Below, one piece after another: positions 39,574-49,323 of a stretch of 64,000 nucleotides of DNA. This DNA comes from Thalassovita sp. (GTDB taxonomy: Bacteria > Pseudomonadota > Alphaproteobacteria > Rhodobacterales > Rhodobacteraceae): NCBI RefSeq assembly GCF_034670005.1, contig NZ_JAXMOH010000006.1, positions 114,601 through 178,600 on the forward strand. Direction: 5' to 3'. Each line of letters begins with the position of its first letter. The stretch's first letter is position 1. The position numbers and the translations under genes are program-made. Below the pieces are notes generated by a model. That model was not told the DNA's origin. It made no database searches and saw only the letters and a program-made list of their open reading frames with translations.

Positions 39574-40591
39574 AGGTTTCGCAGATGCTTTGCAGCCTGA
39601 TCCAGTCGCCATCGGACAGAACCGGGCTGGGCGCTTCGCCGGGATAGGGGTCAGCCTCGATCAGTGGCAGGGTCGCTTCGCCCGATACATCCAGAGCATA
39701 GGCATAGGGGCTGGATTTCACCCCGGCCTCGTGGAACCCTTGCAACAGGGTTTCGACGGGCAGCTCGGTCACTGGCTGCGTCAGCAGGGTTTCGGCATAA
39801 GCCTTGAGCGTATCGTCGGGCAGCGTGCCCGTGGTCAGCAGCCTGAGACTACTGAACATGCCGCTGTGACGCAAAAGCTGGTCCAGCGGGTCTGAGGCAC
39901 GGGCGCGCAACATTTCGGCGATGACGTGACCGGCGGCGATATCGGGGACTTCGTAATCTTCGAACAAGGCGCTGTTCAGCACCATGATACGGCCCGGCAA
40001 CATGACGCTGTCGGGCACGCCGGTCTTGACCACGGTAAGGTGCAGATCGTCCTCGGTCAGCCGGTCGGCCAAATGGTCCAGCGCCAATCGCGCACTGGCG
40101 GTGTCGCAAGATGGACCGGAAAGCCGCTGAATATCCGCCAGCAGGCGCTGACCGATATCCGACCGTTTGGCGGGCGGGACCACGCTGAGCGCGTGATCCA
40201 CCATCGCGCCCGGCAGCCAAAACACCCCAACCGCCAGAACGGAAGTCAGGGACGCCGCCATCATCACCGCCCTGAGTCGCCCGGGTCGGGGTCGTCGCCG
40301 TTCGATGGCATTGCGCAGCTTTTCGATCGCCGCAACCATTTCGGTTTCGGCTTCGGTCAGTTCCAGAGTCTCACCTGGATCACCATCGGGATGATAGATC
40401 GCCGGCCAGTCGCCCGGGTTGGCGCGCATCACAGCGGGTAGCGACCAATGGGTCAGCGCCCGATCCTGCAGATCGGAAATCACCAGCGTGGCATCCCCGA
40501 TCGACACGATCACTTCGCGGCGCTGATCTTCTGGCGAAGCGCGCCAAAGGCCGGACGCTTCGATCCGTTGGTATTTTGTCAATGCTGTCAT
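39572..40591 (-). CDS. hypothetical membrane-anchored protein
   Basis: 339-aa coding-like ORF from internal ATG 40591; one central TM (AVMMAASLTSVLAVGVFWL); no domain recognised. Confidence 0.6.
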   Translation of the reverse strand: MTALTKYQRIEASGLWRASPEDQRREVIVSIGDATLVISDLQDRALTHWSLPAVMRANPGDWPAIYHPDGDPGETLELTEAETEMVAAIEKLRNAIERRRPRPGRLRAVMMAASLTSVLAVGVFWLPGAMVDHALSVVPPAKRSDIGQRLLADIQRLSGPSCDTASARLALDHLADRLTEDDLHLTVVKTGVPDSVMLPGRIMVLNSALFEDYEVPDIAAGHVIAEMLRARASDPLDQLLRHSGMFSSLRLLTTGTLPDDTLKAYAETLLTQPVTELPVETLLQGFHEAGVKSSPYAYALDVSGEATLPLIEADPYPGEAPSPVLSDGDWIRLQSICET

Positions 40592-40692
40592 GCGGGCGCT
40601 GCTCTGCCTCGGTCTTTGAGACCTGAATAGCACGCTAAGGGGCAGGGCGGCAATCGGCTAGCAAAGGCGTGGTGAAACCTGTCGTGTGCAGA

Positions 40693-40884
40693 TCAGGCGG
40701 CTTTGAAGCCGATCTTGCGGAAGATAGAGGCCGCCGGACAGACCCGGGTGAAGGCCGACTGGAACAGGTTGACGCCGACGAAGGCGGTGAGCCAGACGAA
40801 GGCCGGGTGCACGAAGTAGGTCAGCACCAGCGAAAGAAGTACCATGAAGCCCGCAAAGGCGGTGACGGCTTGATTGACGGTCAT
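40693..40884 (-). CDS. DUF2892 (YgaP-like transmembrane domain) protein
   Basis: 63 aa, two TM helices, C-terminal FQSAFTRVCPAASIFRKIG; GAGGA RBS. Confidence 0.7.
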   Translation of the reverse strand: MTVNQAVTAFAGFMVLLSLVLTYFVHPAFVWLTAFVGVNLFQSAFTRVCPAASIFRKIGFKAA

Positions 40885-40963
40885 TTCTATATCCTCTTGT
40901 ATGGAACGCACCGGGCGAAGAAACCGTGAAACTGTGTTTACGAAGCCCGGTGTGTTAATTAAT

Positions 40964-40979
40964 ATTCCATATATGGAAT
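40964..40979. promoter_or_regulatory. perfect 16-bp palindrome ATTCCATATATGGAAT (candidate operator)
   Basis: Read directly from the sequence. It lies 80-95 bp upstream of the DUF2892 start in an AT-rich stretch. Confidence 0.45.
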
Positions 40980-41008
40980 GTTTTGAGCCATTGCAAGAGG
41001 CGAGCCGG

Positions 41009-42634
41009 TCAGAATCCTTTGGCCAGCGTTCTCAGCTCGAATTTCTGGATCTTGCCGGTCGAGGTCTTGGGTAATTCCTGAAACACCACCTTTTTCGGCG
41101 TCTTGAACCCGGCCAGCCGTTCGCGGGCAAAGGCGATCAGCGCGGCCTCATCCGCCTGATGCCCGTCCTTTAATTCCACAAAAGCGCAGGGCACTTCGCC
41201 CCATTTTTCATCCGGTTTGGCCACCACCGCGCAAAGCAGCACATCGGGATGTGCCATCAGCACGCCTTCGACCTCAACCGAACTGATATTTTCGCCGCCC
41301 GAAATGATGATGTCCTTGGCCCGGTCGGCGATCTGCACAAAGCTGTCGCGATGCTGCAAGGCGATGTCGCCGGTGTGGAAATAGCCGCCCGCGAAGGCCT
41401 CGGCGGTGGCGTCGGGGTTTTTCAAATACCCTTTCATCACACCGTTGCCGCGCATGACGATTTCGCCCTGCGTTTTGCCATCCATTGGGATCTGCTGCAT
41501 TTTTTCGTCCATGACGGTGATATGTTCATAGATCGGCATCGCCACGCCCTGCCGCGCTTTGATCGCGGCGCGGTCATCACCTTGTAAGGGGTCCCATTCG
41601 GATTTCCAGGTGCATTCGGTGGCAGGACCGTAAACTTCGGTCAGGCCATAAACTTGCGTGACGTTGAACCCCATCGGTTCGATCTTGGCCAGGGTCGCAG
41701 GGGCGGGCGGGGCACCGGCGGTGAACACCTCGACCACGTGATCGAAATCGCGGCGGTCGGAAGCGGGGGAATTGACCAGCGTGTTCAAAACGATCGGCGC
41801 GCCGCCGAAATGGGTCACGCCTTCATTCGCGATGGCGTCGAATATTGCCTTGGCTGTGATGTCGCGGCAGCACACCACGGTTCCGCCCAGAACCGGCATC
41901 ATCCAGGTGTGGCACCAGCCGTTGCAGTGAAACAGCGGCACGATGGTCAGGTAGCGCGGGTGCAATGTCATCCGCCAGCTGATCACCTGACCCATCGCAT
42001 TCAGATAGGCCCCGCGATGATGATAAACTACGCCCTTGGGCCGTCCGGTCGTGCCAGAGGTGTAATTCAGCGCAATGCTTTCCCATTCGTCCTCGGGCAT
42101 GATCCACTGGAAATCCGCGTCACCGGTTTTCAGCAGGTCTTCGTATTCCATGTAATGCCCATGGGCATGAACCCCGGCCTGATCGTCGGCCACTTCGATC
42201 AGGATCGGTGCGGGGCCGTCCATGATTTCGATCGCCTGAGCCAGAACCGGCAGGAATTGCGGATCGACCAGCACCACCTTGGCCTGCCCGTGGTCCAGGA
42301 TATAGGCGATGGTGTCGGCCTCGACCCGTGTGTTGATCGTGTTCAGGACGCCACCGCAGGCGGGCACACCGAAATGCGCTTCCGCTTGGGCCGGAATATT
42401 GGGCAGCACGGTGGCGACCACATCGCCGGGATTGACCCCCAGCTTGGTCAGCGCCGAGGCCAGCCGCGTTACCCGGTCATGGTATTCGACATAGGTTTTG
42501 CGATGTGTGCCATAGACCACCGCCGGGTGGTCCGGAAATACTGTCTTCGCGCGGTTCAGCCATGATAGCGGGGTCAGCGGCACGTAATTCGCTGCAGTTT
42601 TCCCCAGTCCGGTTTCGTCGGCCATCCAACCCAT
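41009..42634 (-). CDS. AMP-dependent acyl-CoA synthetase (medium/short-chain type)
   Basis: YTSGTTGRPKG AMP-binding motif, GEIVMRG and C-terminal PKTSTGKIQKF; GGAGG RBS. Confidence 0.88.
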   Translation of the reverse strand: MGWMADETGLGKTAANYVPLTPLSWLNRAKTVFPDHPAVVYGTHRKTYVEYHDRVTRLASALTKLGVNPGDVVATVLPNIPAQAEAHFGVPACGGVLNTINTRVEADTIAYILDHGQAKVVLVDPQFLPVLAQAIEIMDGPAPILIEVADDQAGVHAHGHYMEYEDLLKTGDADFQWIMPEDEWESIALNYTSGTTGRPKGVVYHHRGAYLNAMGQVISWRMTLHPRYLTIVPLFHCNGWCHTWMMPVLGGTVVCCRDITAKAIFDAIANEGVTHFGGAPIVLNTLVNSPASDRRDFDHVVEVFTAGAPPAPATLAKIEPMGFNVTQVYGLTEVYGPATECTWKSEWDPLQGDDRAAIKARQGVAMPIYEHITVMDEKMQQIPMDGKTQGEIVMRGNGVMKGYLKNPDATAEAFAGGYFHTGDIALQHRDSFVQIADRAKDIIISGGENISSVEVEGVLMAHPDVLLCAVVAKPDEKWGEVPCAFVELKDGHQADEAALIAFARERLAGFKTPKKVVFQELPKTSTGKIQKFELRTLAKGF

Positions 42635-42724
42635 GATGATTTCCTCCCTCTTTCATGGCGCATATTGCGCAGGGGGGAGGGGCTTGAAAAGTCCGTAAGA
42701 ACACCAATCGGTCTTTTATCCCGC

Positions 42725-44302
42725 TCAGGCCATAAGGTCGTATTCGACACCGTTCAGCCAAAGCGTGATTTCCGATTGCGCGGCCCCGTCTACCAATGCC
42801 CAGATAATTTGGCCGGTCGGCCGGTAGATGACAAAGGCTTCTTCCACACCAGCGCCGCCCGCGCCGTCCGTTTCGACGAAATTGACCTGAAACTGATCGC
42901 GTGTCCCGGTGCGTCCGAATTGCAGGACATCGCCGTCAGCGGCGCTGTAATCCTGTATCCAGTCCGACCCGTGATCTGCGATCCCAAGGTGAAAAAACCT
43001 GTCGGCACCGTCACCGCCATTGGCCTGATCGTATCCGAAACCACCGTTGAGGAAATCATTGCCCGCGCCGCCATACAGGATGTCGCCCCAGGCTTGTGCG
43101 GTCAGATTGTCGTCGCCGTTTGCCCCGATAACCGTGTCTGCGCCAAAGCCGCCGATCAGGGTGTCCTGACCGTCATCGCCGCGCAATTCGTCATTGCCAT
43201 AGCCGCCGTCGATATAATCGTCACCCGTCCCGCCGAAGACGGCATCGTGGCGGTCTGCCGCGGTTTCGCCGCCCATGATCGTATCGTTGCCATCGCCACC
43301 GATTAGCGAATCCAGACCATCCCCACCGGTCAGGCTGTCATCGCCGCCGCGCCCGTTCAGGGTATCGTTACCATCCAGCCCCTCCAGTCGATTGGCCAGA
43401 TCATTCCCTTCGACAAGATCATTTCCAGCTGTGCCGATGGCGTTCTCGATGTCGACCCCGTAAGCGACCGCGATCCGGGCCTGAACTCCGCCCGATGCAT
43501 GGCCCAGTTCCGAAAATCTGCCCTCTCTGAGGTCCAGCACCGCCGCCGTTGTGCTGGCCCCTGCGGTCAGAGTGTCAGTGCCGCCCGCATCCCAAATGAC
43601 ATAGAGATTGCCGTCTTCGCGTAAAACGTAGGTATTATTGCCAGTGTGAAAGCTCTGATTGCCGCCCCAACGTTCCTGAAGCGCAGCAATGTCATAGAGC
43701 ATCAGGCTTTCCGGTTCCTGACCAAGATCCGGGTTCGGAGTGTAGGACATGACTGTGAATTGGTAATTGTCCTCTTCCTCGGGCAGATACGGTCCCGGCG
43801 GAGCGTTGAGCGGATTCACATCGTAATTGCCCGGATGTTTCAAGGAAAACGCATGACCGATCTCGTGCAGGATCAGGTTTATTTCGCTGGGCTGGGTCAG
43901 GTCTCGATCGGTGTTGAACACGACAAAGCCGTCATATTCCAGGCTGGGCCAGCTATCGTATTGAAACCGGCCTCTCCCGCCAGACAGCCCATAAGAGGCG
44001 CGCAAGAAGGTGATATCGACCGCGTTTTCGTCCAGAGTTTCGACGAACTGAACGTTCAGAACGCGCTCATATTCCCTCAGCCCCGCGCGCACCGCATCGC
44101 GTTCGGCTTCGGTATATGTGCCCCAGCCGCCGACATCGGTCCAACTGGTTTCACGCAGATCATCGGGGCGGTCATTCTGAAAACTATAGCTGATCTGCAG
44201 AGGCGGCGCTGCTGTCGTATGATAAGTGTCATAGAAGGTGGGCCACTGAACCGCGTCAATCCGTTCGGGCATGTCTTCGGGGGCTACGCCTTGCTGTGTC
44301 AT
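42725..44302 (-). CDS. serralysin-like (M10B) zinc metalloprotease with RTX Ca-binding repeats
   Basis: Zincin HEIGHAFSLKH, Met-turn TVMSY, a run of GGxGxD nonapeptides (about nt 42980-43435), no N-terminal signal peptide. Confidence 0.85.
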   Translation of the reverse strand: MTQQGVAPEDMPERIDAVQWPTFYDTYHTTAAPPLQISYSFQNDRPDDLRETSWTDVGGWGTYTEAERDAVRAGLREYERVLNVQFVETLDENAVDITFLRASYGLSGGRGRFQYDSWPSLEYDGFVVFNTDRDLTQPSEINLILHEIGHAFSLKHPGNYDVNPLNAPPGPYLPEEEDNYQFTVMSYTPNPDLGQEPESLMLYDIAALQERWGGNQSFHTGNNTYVLREDGNLYVIWDAGGTDTLTAGASTTAAVLDLREGRFSELGHASGGVQARIAVAYGVDIENAIGTAGNDLVEGNDLANRLEGLDGNDTLNGRGGDDSLTGGDGLDSLIGGDGNDTIMGGETAADRHDAVFGGTGDDYIDGGYGNDELRGDDGQDTLIGGFGADTVIGANGDDNLTAQAWGDILYGGAGNDFLNGGFGYDQANGGDGADRFFHLGIADHGSDWIQDYSAADGDVLQFGRTGTRDQFQVNFVETDGAGGAGVEEAFVIYRPTGQIIWALVDGAAQSEITLWLNGVEYDLMA

Positions 44303-44399
44303 GCTTTAACTCCCAAAATTTATTTAACGTTTGAAAATTACCGAAGTCTTGCGTGGACTAGGTCTTTTGGCAATGCTTCGTTTGAGTTAGCATCGCGCC

Positions 44400-45071
44400 A
44401 TGTTTATTTCGCACGGTCGGCAATATATCTTCATCCATATCCCCAAGACCGGCGGCACCTCGATGGCGCTGGCGCTGGAAGACCGTGCCAAAAAGGACGA
44501 TATCCTGATCGGCGATACGCCCAAAGCGACCAAGCGCCGGCGCAAGTACCAAAGTTCCGATTGCAAGGGGCGGTTGTGGAAACATTCCACCTTGGCCGAT
44601 ATCGAAGGCTTGGTCGGCGCCGACGAGATCGAGCGCTATTTCACCTTTACTATGGTGCGCAATCCGTGGGACCGGGTGGTAAGCTATTATTATTGGCTCA
44701 GGGATCAAAACTTCGATCATCCGGCGGTGAAGCTGGCCAAGGGCGAAGCGTTCAGCGGCTTTCTCAGCCATCCGCTGACCTGGCGGACGCTGCAGGAAAC
44801 ACCGGCGCGATTTTACATGACCGACGCGCGCGGCAACGAGATTTGCGATACCTATATCCGGCTGGAACATGTCGATCAGGATGCTGAACCGCTTGTCGAA
44901 CATCTGGGATTTTCACTGCGGTTGCCGCGGGTGAACGAATCGTCGCGCCGGAAAGATTACCGCAGCTATTACAATGACAGCGACGCAGAGTTTCTGGCCG
45001 ATATCTGTGCTGAGGATATCAAACGGTTCGGCTATCATTTTGATCCGGTGAAAACGCCGGTGGTGCTGTAA
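44400..45071 (+). CDS. sulfotransferase family protein (Sulfotransfer_2-like)
   Basis: 5'-PSB loop IHIPKTGGTS and 3'-PB region MVRNPWDRVVS. Confidence 0.75.
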   Translation: MFISHGRQYIFIHIPKTGGTSMALALEDRAKKDDILIGDTPKATKRRRKYQSSDCKGRLWKHSTLADIEGLVGADEIERYFTFTMVRNPWDRVVSYYYWLRDQNFDHPAVKLAKGEAFSGFLSHPLTWRTLQETPARFYMTDARGNEICDTYIRLEHVDQDAEPLVEHLGFSLRLPRVNESSRRKDYRSYYNDSDAEFLADICAEDIKRFGYHFDPVKTPVVL

Positions 45072-45133
45072 GGGTTGCGGCCGGGACTATACGCCCGAAG
45101 TGCGCGGCGATCCTTCGTCTACCCATCATTCTC

Positions 45134-45162
45134 AAAAAAAACGCGCCCCCGAAGGGACGCGC
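45134..45162 (-). terminator. intrinsic terminator of the fadJ-fadA operon
   Basis: On the minus strand: GGCGCGTCCC-TTCG-GGGGCGCG followed by TTTTTTTT. Confidence 0.8.
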
Positions 45163-45189
45163 CATACTCGGTAACGCTGTGCGGGGCCG

Positions 45190-47391
45190 TTAGGCCGCCG
45201 CTTTGTCTTCCTTGCCGAACCGGCCATAGAAGGTCTGACCTTTTTCGGCCATTTCCCGCAGCAGCGGCGGGCAGGAAAAGCGGTCGCCATAGGCTTCGGT
45301 CAGCTGATCGCAGCGCTCGGCGGCATAAGGCGTGCCGATGATGTCGATCCAGCTCAGCGGGCCGCCCGACCAGGGGGCAAAACCCCAGGCCAGGATGGCA
45401 CCGACATCGCCCTCGCGGATGTCCATCAGAACGCCTTCCTCCAGCGCACGAACTGCTTCCAGCACCTGCGCGAACATCAGACGTTCCTGAACTTCGATCA
45501 GGTCGGGCTGCGGATCGGCCAGCGGGTATTTGTCTGTCATACCTTTCCAATAGCCCTGCCGTTTGCCTTTTTCGTCATAATCGAAGAACCCGGCCTTGGA
45601 TTTGCGGCCCAGACGCCCTGCGTCTTCCATCCAGAAGATCAGGTCGTCGGACGGGCTGTCGGGATAGGCGTTGCCCATCGCGGCCTTGGTCGCCCGGGCG
45701 ATCTTGGCCCCCAGATCGATCGAGGTCTCATCCGTCAGCTGAATCGGCCCCACAGGGAAGCCAAGCTGCTGCGCGGCATGGTCGATCAGCGCGGGGGAAA
45801 CGCCCTCGGTTACCATCCGCATCGCTTCGTTCATGTAGGGAATGATGCAACGGTTGCAGTAGAAGAACCGCGCATCGTTGACCACGATCGGTGTCTTGCG
45901 GATCTGGCGCACATAGTCCAGCGCCTTGGCAACGGCCCGATCACCGGTTTCCTTGCCCTTAATGATCTCGACCAGCAGCATTTTTTCGACCGGCGAAAAG
46001 AAGTGGATGCCGATGAACTGCTCGGACCGTTTGGAAGCCTTGGCAAGCTCGGTGATCGGCAGGGTCGAGGTGTTGGAGGCGAAGATGCAATCCTCGGGGA
46101 TGATCGCCTCGACCTTTTGGGTCATCTCGGCCTTGACGCCGGGGTCTTCGAACACCGCCTCGATGATCAGATCGCAGCCTTTGAGCGCGTCCAGATCCGG
46201 CGTTGCGGTGATCAGCGACAGCATCGCCTCTTTCTTCTCCGCGGTGACCTTGCCACGCTTGATGCCCTTGTCGAGATAGGCCTCGGTATAGGCTTTGCCC
46301 TTGTCGGCGGCGGCCTGATCGCGGTCGATCAGCACGACTTCCATGCCCGCTTGTGCCGACACCAACGCAATGCCCGCGCCCATCATGCCGGCGCCCAACA
46401 CGCCCAGTTTCTTGACCGACTGATCGGGGATGTCTTTGGGCCGTACCGCGCCTTTTTCCAGCGCTTCCTTGTTCAGGAACAGCGACCGGATCATTGCAGC
46501 CGAAGACGGGTTCATCAGGATATGGGTGAACCAGCGCGCTTCGATCTTCAGCGCGGTGTCAAACGGCACCATCGCGCCCTCATAGACCGCGCTCAGCAGC
46601 GCCTTGGCAGCCGGGAAGGCACCATTGGTGTTGGCGTTGACCATAGCAGAGGCGCCGACAAAGGTCGGGAATCCGGCAGGGTGATAGGGCGCGCCGCCGG
46701 GCATCTTATACCCCTTGGCATCCCACGGCTTCACCAGATCGGCGTCTTTAGCGTTCAGCACCCATTCGCGGGCCGCGGCGACCGGATCACCGACCACGTC
46801 GTCGATGATGCCCGCGCCCTTGGCTTTCTTCGGATCGACCAGCTTGCCCTGCAGCAGGAAGGGCGACGCGCCCATCGCGCCCAGCTTGCGCACCAGACGG
46901 GTGGTGCCGCCGGCACCGGGGAAAATCCCGACCATGATTTCCGGCAGGCCGATCTTGGCCTTGGGATTTTCTGCGGCAAAGATGCGGTGGGTCGACAAGG
47001 GCAGTTCCAGCCCGATACCCACGGCAGTGCCGGGCAGGGCGGCCGCGATCGGCTTGCCGCCTTTCTTGGTCTTGAAATCCATCCCGGCCAGTTCGATTTT
47101 CCGCAGCAACCCGTGCATCTGCATGATGCCATCGAACAGCCCCTGTGCCGGATTGTCCCCGGCAGCGGTTTTCATGTCGGCCAGAACGTTCAGGTCCATG
47201 CCACCGGCGAAATCTTTCTTGCCGCTGGTGATCACGATGCCTTTGACGCCCTCGTCGGCAAGGGCCGCGTCGATCAGATCGCTCAATTCGATCAGAGCTT
47301 CGCCGCTCATCACGTTCATCGATTTTCCAGGGCAGTCCCAGGTGACGATTGCGACGCCGTCGGCGTCTTTTTCCATGGTGAAATCAGTCAT
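45190..47391 (-). CDS. fadJ: fatty-acid oxidation multifunctional protein (enoyl-CoA hydratase / 3-hydroxyacyl-CoA dehydrogenase)
   Basis: N-terminal crotonase fold plus NAD site VLGAGMMGAGIA. AGGAG RBS before ATG 47391. Confidence 0.9.
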   Translation of the reverse strand: MTDFTMEKDADGVAIVTWDCPGKSMNVMSGEALIELSDLIDAALADEGVKGIVITSGKKDFAGGMDLNVLADMKTAAGDNPAQGLFDGIMQMHGLLRKIELAGMDFKTKKGGKPIAAALPGTAVGIGLELPLSTHRIFAAENPKAKIGLPEIMVGIFPGAGGTTRLVRKLGAMGASPFLLQGKLVDPKKAKGAGIIDDVVGDPVAAAREWVLNAKDADLVKPWDAKGYKMPGGAPYHPAGFPTFVGASAMVNANTNGAFPAAKALLSAVYEGAMVPFDTALKIEARWFTHILMNPSSAAMIRSLFLNKEALEKGAVRPKDIPDQSVKKLGVLGAGMMGAGIALVSAQAGMEVVLIDRDQAAADKGKAYTEAYLDKGIKRGKVTAEKKEAMLSLITATPDLDALKGCDLIIEAVFEDPGVKAEMTQKVEAIIPEDCIFASNTSTLPITELAKASKRSEQFIGIHFFSPVEKMLLVEIIKGKETGDRAVAKALDYVRQIRKTPIVVNDARFFYCNRCIIPYMNEAMRMVTEGVSPALIDHAAQQLGFPVGPIQLTDETSIDLGAKIARATKAAMGNAYPDSPSDDLIFWMEDAGRLGRKSKAGFFDYDEKGKRQGYWKGMTDKYPLADPQPDLIEVQERLMFAQVLEAVRALEEGVLMDIREGDVGAILAWGFAPWSGGPLSWIDIIGTPYAAERCDQLTEAYGDRFSCPPLLREMAEKGQTFYGRFGKEDKAAA

Positions 47392-47412
47392 TTGTCTCAC
47401 TCCTGTCCCCGC

Positions 47413-48624
47413 TTAAACGCGTTCGATGATGGTTGCCGCACCCATGCCGGACGCGATGCACAAGGTGGCCAGGCCCATTTCCTTGTCGGTCCGTTCAAGT
47501 TCGTCCAGTAGCGTGCTGATGATGATCGCGCCGGTGGCCCCCAGCGGGTGGCCCATCGCGATCGAGCCGCCATTGACGTTGATCAGGTCCGGGTCGACGT
47601 CGAAGGCCTGCTGGAACCGCAGCACGACGGCGGCAAAGGCTTCGTTCACTTCGAACAGGTCGATATCCGAAATGGACAACCCGCTTTCGGCGAGGATTTT
47701 CTGCGTGGCCGGAACCGGACCGGTCAACATAATGGTCGGATCGGTGCCGATTTTTGCGGTGGCCCGGATGCGGGCACGCGGGGTCAGACCGTATTTCTTG
47801 CCGAATTCTGCGTTGCCGACCAGAACCCCGGCCGATCCGTCGACGATGCCCGAAGAGTTGCCGGCATGGTGGATGTGATTGACCTTTTCCAGATGCGGAT
47901 ATTTCAGCATCGCCACCTTGTCAAAGCCCGGCATCACTTCGCCCATGTCCTTGAAGGACGGCTTCAGCGCGCCCAAAGTCTGCATGTCGGTGCCGGGGCG
48001 GATGAATTCGTCATGATCGAGAATGGTCAGCCCGTTCACGTCGGTGACCGGGATAACCGATTTTGCAAACCGGTTGTCATCCCACGCCGCCTTGGCGCGG
48101 CGCTGCGATTCCACCGCCAGCGCGTCGGCCTGATCGCGGCTGAAGCCGTATTCGGTGGCAATGATATCGGCCGAAATACCCTGCGGCACGAAATACTGGT
48201 CCAGCGCGACGGAAGGATCGACGGCGATGGCGGCGCCGTCACTGCCCATCGGTACGCGGCTCATCATTTCCACGCCACCGGCGATATAGGCCTCACCGGC
48301 CCCGCCCCTGACCTGGTTGGCCGCAAGGTTGACCGCTTCCATGCCGGACGCGCAGAACCGGTTGATCGACAGCCCGGGGATCGATTCATCGAGATCTGAG
48401 GCCAGAACCGCGGTCCGCGCCAGACAGGCCCCCTGTTCCATCACCTGGGTGACGTTGCCCCAGATCACATCCTCTACCGCGTGGCCATCCAAGCCGTTGC
48501 GGCCCTTCAGCGCGTTCAGAACGGTTGCGGACATCCGCAGAGAGGTGACTTCGTGCAGGCTGCCGTCCGGGCGGCCCTTGCCGCGCGGTGTACGCACCGC
48601 GTCATAAATATAGGCTTCGGTCAT
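47413..48624 (-). CDS. fadA: acetyl-CoA C-acyltransferase (3-ketoacyl-CoA thiolase)
   Basis: Active-site NRFCASGMEA and C-terminal NGGSIAMGHPLGATG...CIASGMG. Confidence 0.93.
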   Translation of the reverse strand: MTEAYIYDAVRTPRGKGRPDGSLHEVTSLRMSATVLNALKGRNGLDGHAVEDVIWGNVTQVMEQGACLARTAVLASDLDESIPGLSINRFCASGMEAVNLAANQVRGGAGEAYIAGGVEMMSRVPMGSDGAAIAVDPSVALDQYFVPQGISADIIATEYGFSRDQADALAVESQRRAKAAWDDNRFAKSVIPVTDVNGLTILDHDEFIRPGTDMQTLGALKPSFKDMGEVMPGFDKVAMLKYPHLEKVNHIHHAGNSSGIVDGSAGVLVGNAEFGKKYGLTPRARIRATAKIGTDPTIMLTGPVPATQKILAESGLSISDIDLFEVNEAFAAVVLRFQQAFDVDPDLINVNGGSIAMGHPLGATGAIIISTLLDELERTDKEMGLATLCIASGMGAATIIERV

Positions 48625-48644
48625 CAGTTGCCTTCCTTCTCGTT

Positions 48645-49280
48645 TCAGGCCCGGTCGGCAGGCGAGCCGGGCATCAGGTCATAGGGGTGTTTCCAACCGG
48701 GCTGGTCGCTGATGTTGCTCAGCCAGCGGTCGATATTGGGCCAGTCGGCGCGGTCAAACCCGAACGGTTCGGGATAATAAAGATAGCCGCAGCAGGAAAT
48801 GTCGGCATTGGTGATGCCATCGCCAACGATCCAGTCTCGGCCCTCAAGATGGGCATTCAGGGTCTGGTAGGCGGCTTTGAGGCGGCCCAGATTGAAACCG
48901 ATGACATCCGGGTTGCGGTGCTTTTCGGGCAGGAAATTCATCAGGAACCGGGTCATGCCAGCCTGCGAGCTGAGCTTGTGATTATCCCACAGGACCCAGC
49001 GGAGTACTTCGTATTTCTCCTCCTGTGTCCGACCTCCGAATTTGCCTGATTTGTCGGAGACATATTGCTGGATCACGCCGGACTGACTGAGCTTCAGGTC
49101 GCCATCGACCATCACCGGCGCTTCGCCCATTTCATTGATTTCGCGGTATTCGGGGGTTCGGTTCTCGCCATTGAAGAAATCGACAAAGACCGGTTCCCAG
49201 TCCAGCCCGCTGAGTTGCAGCGCCAGCGCCGCCTTGTAGGAATTCCCGCTTTCTCCGAAGCAATAGAGTTTGATTGTCAT
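48645..49280 (-). CDS. glutathione S-transferase
   Basis: Thioredoxin-like N-terminus MTIKLYCFGESGNSYKAALAL...APVMVDGD and an alpha-helical C-terminal domain. Confidence 0.85.
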   Translation of the reverse strand: MTIKLYCFGESGNSYKAALALQLSGLDWEPVFVDFFNGENRTPEYREINEMGEAPVMVDGDLKLSQSGVIQQYVSDKSGKFGGRTQEEKYEVLRWVLWDNHKLSSQAGMTRFLMNFLPEKHRNPDVIGFNLGRLKAAYQTLNAHLEGRDWIVGDGITNADISCCGYLYYPEPFGFDRADWPNIDRWLSNISDQPGWKHPYDLMPGSPADRA

Positions 49281-49323
49281 GCGTGCTCCCTCCCGATGGT
49301 TTGCATGTGGACAGGCTTGAGTG

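Noticed and set aside
39572-40591. Degenerate M48-peptidase-like segment (NSALFEDYEVPDIAAGHVIAEMLRA), which might indicate a pseudo-protease.
   Set aside because: The only support is a loose resemblance in hydrophobic pattern. The HExxH motif is absent, and I cannot verify homology without a profile search, so I left the gene as hypothetical.
42980-43435. Periodic 27-nt-like repeats on the minus strand.
   Set aside because: These are the GGxGxD nonapeptide RTX repeats of the metalloprotease coding sequence, not an independent DNA repeat element.
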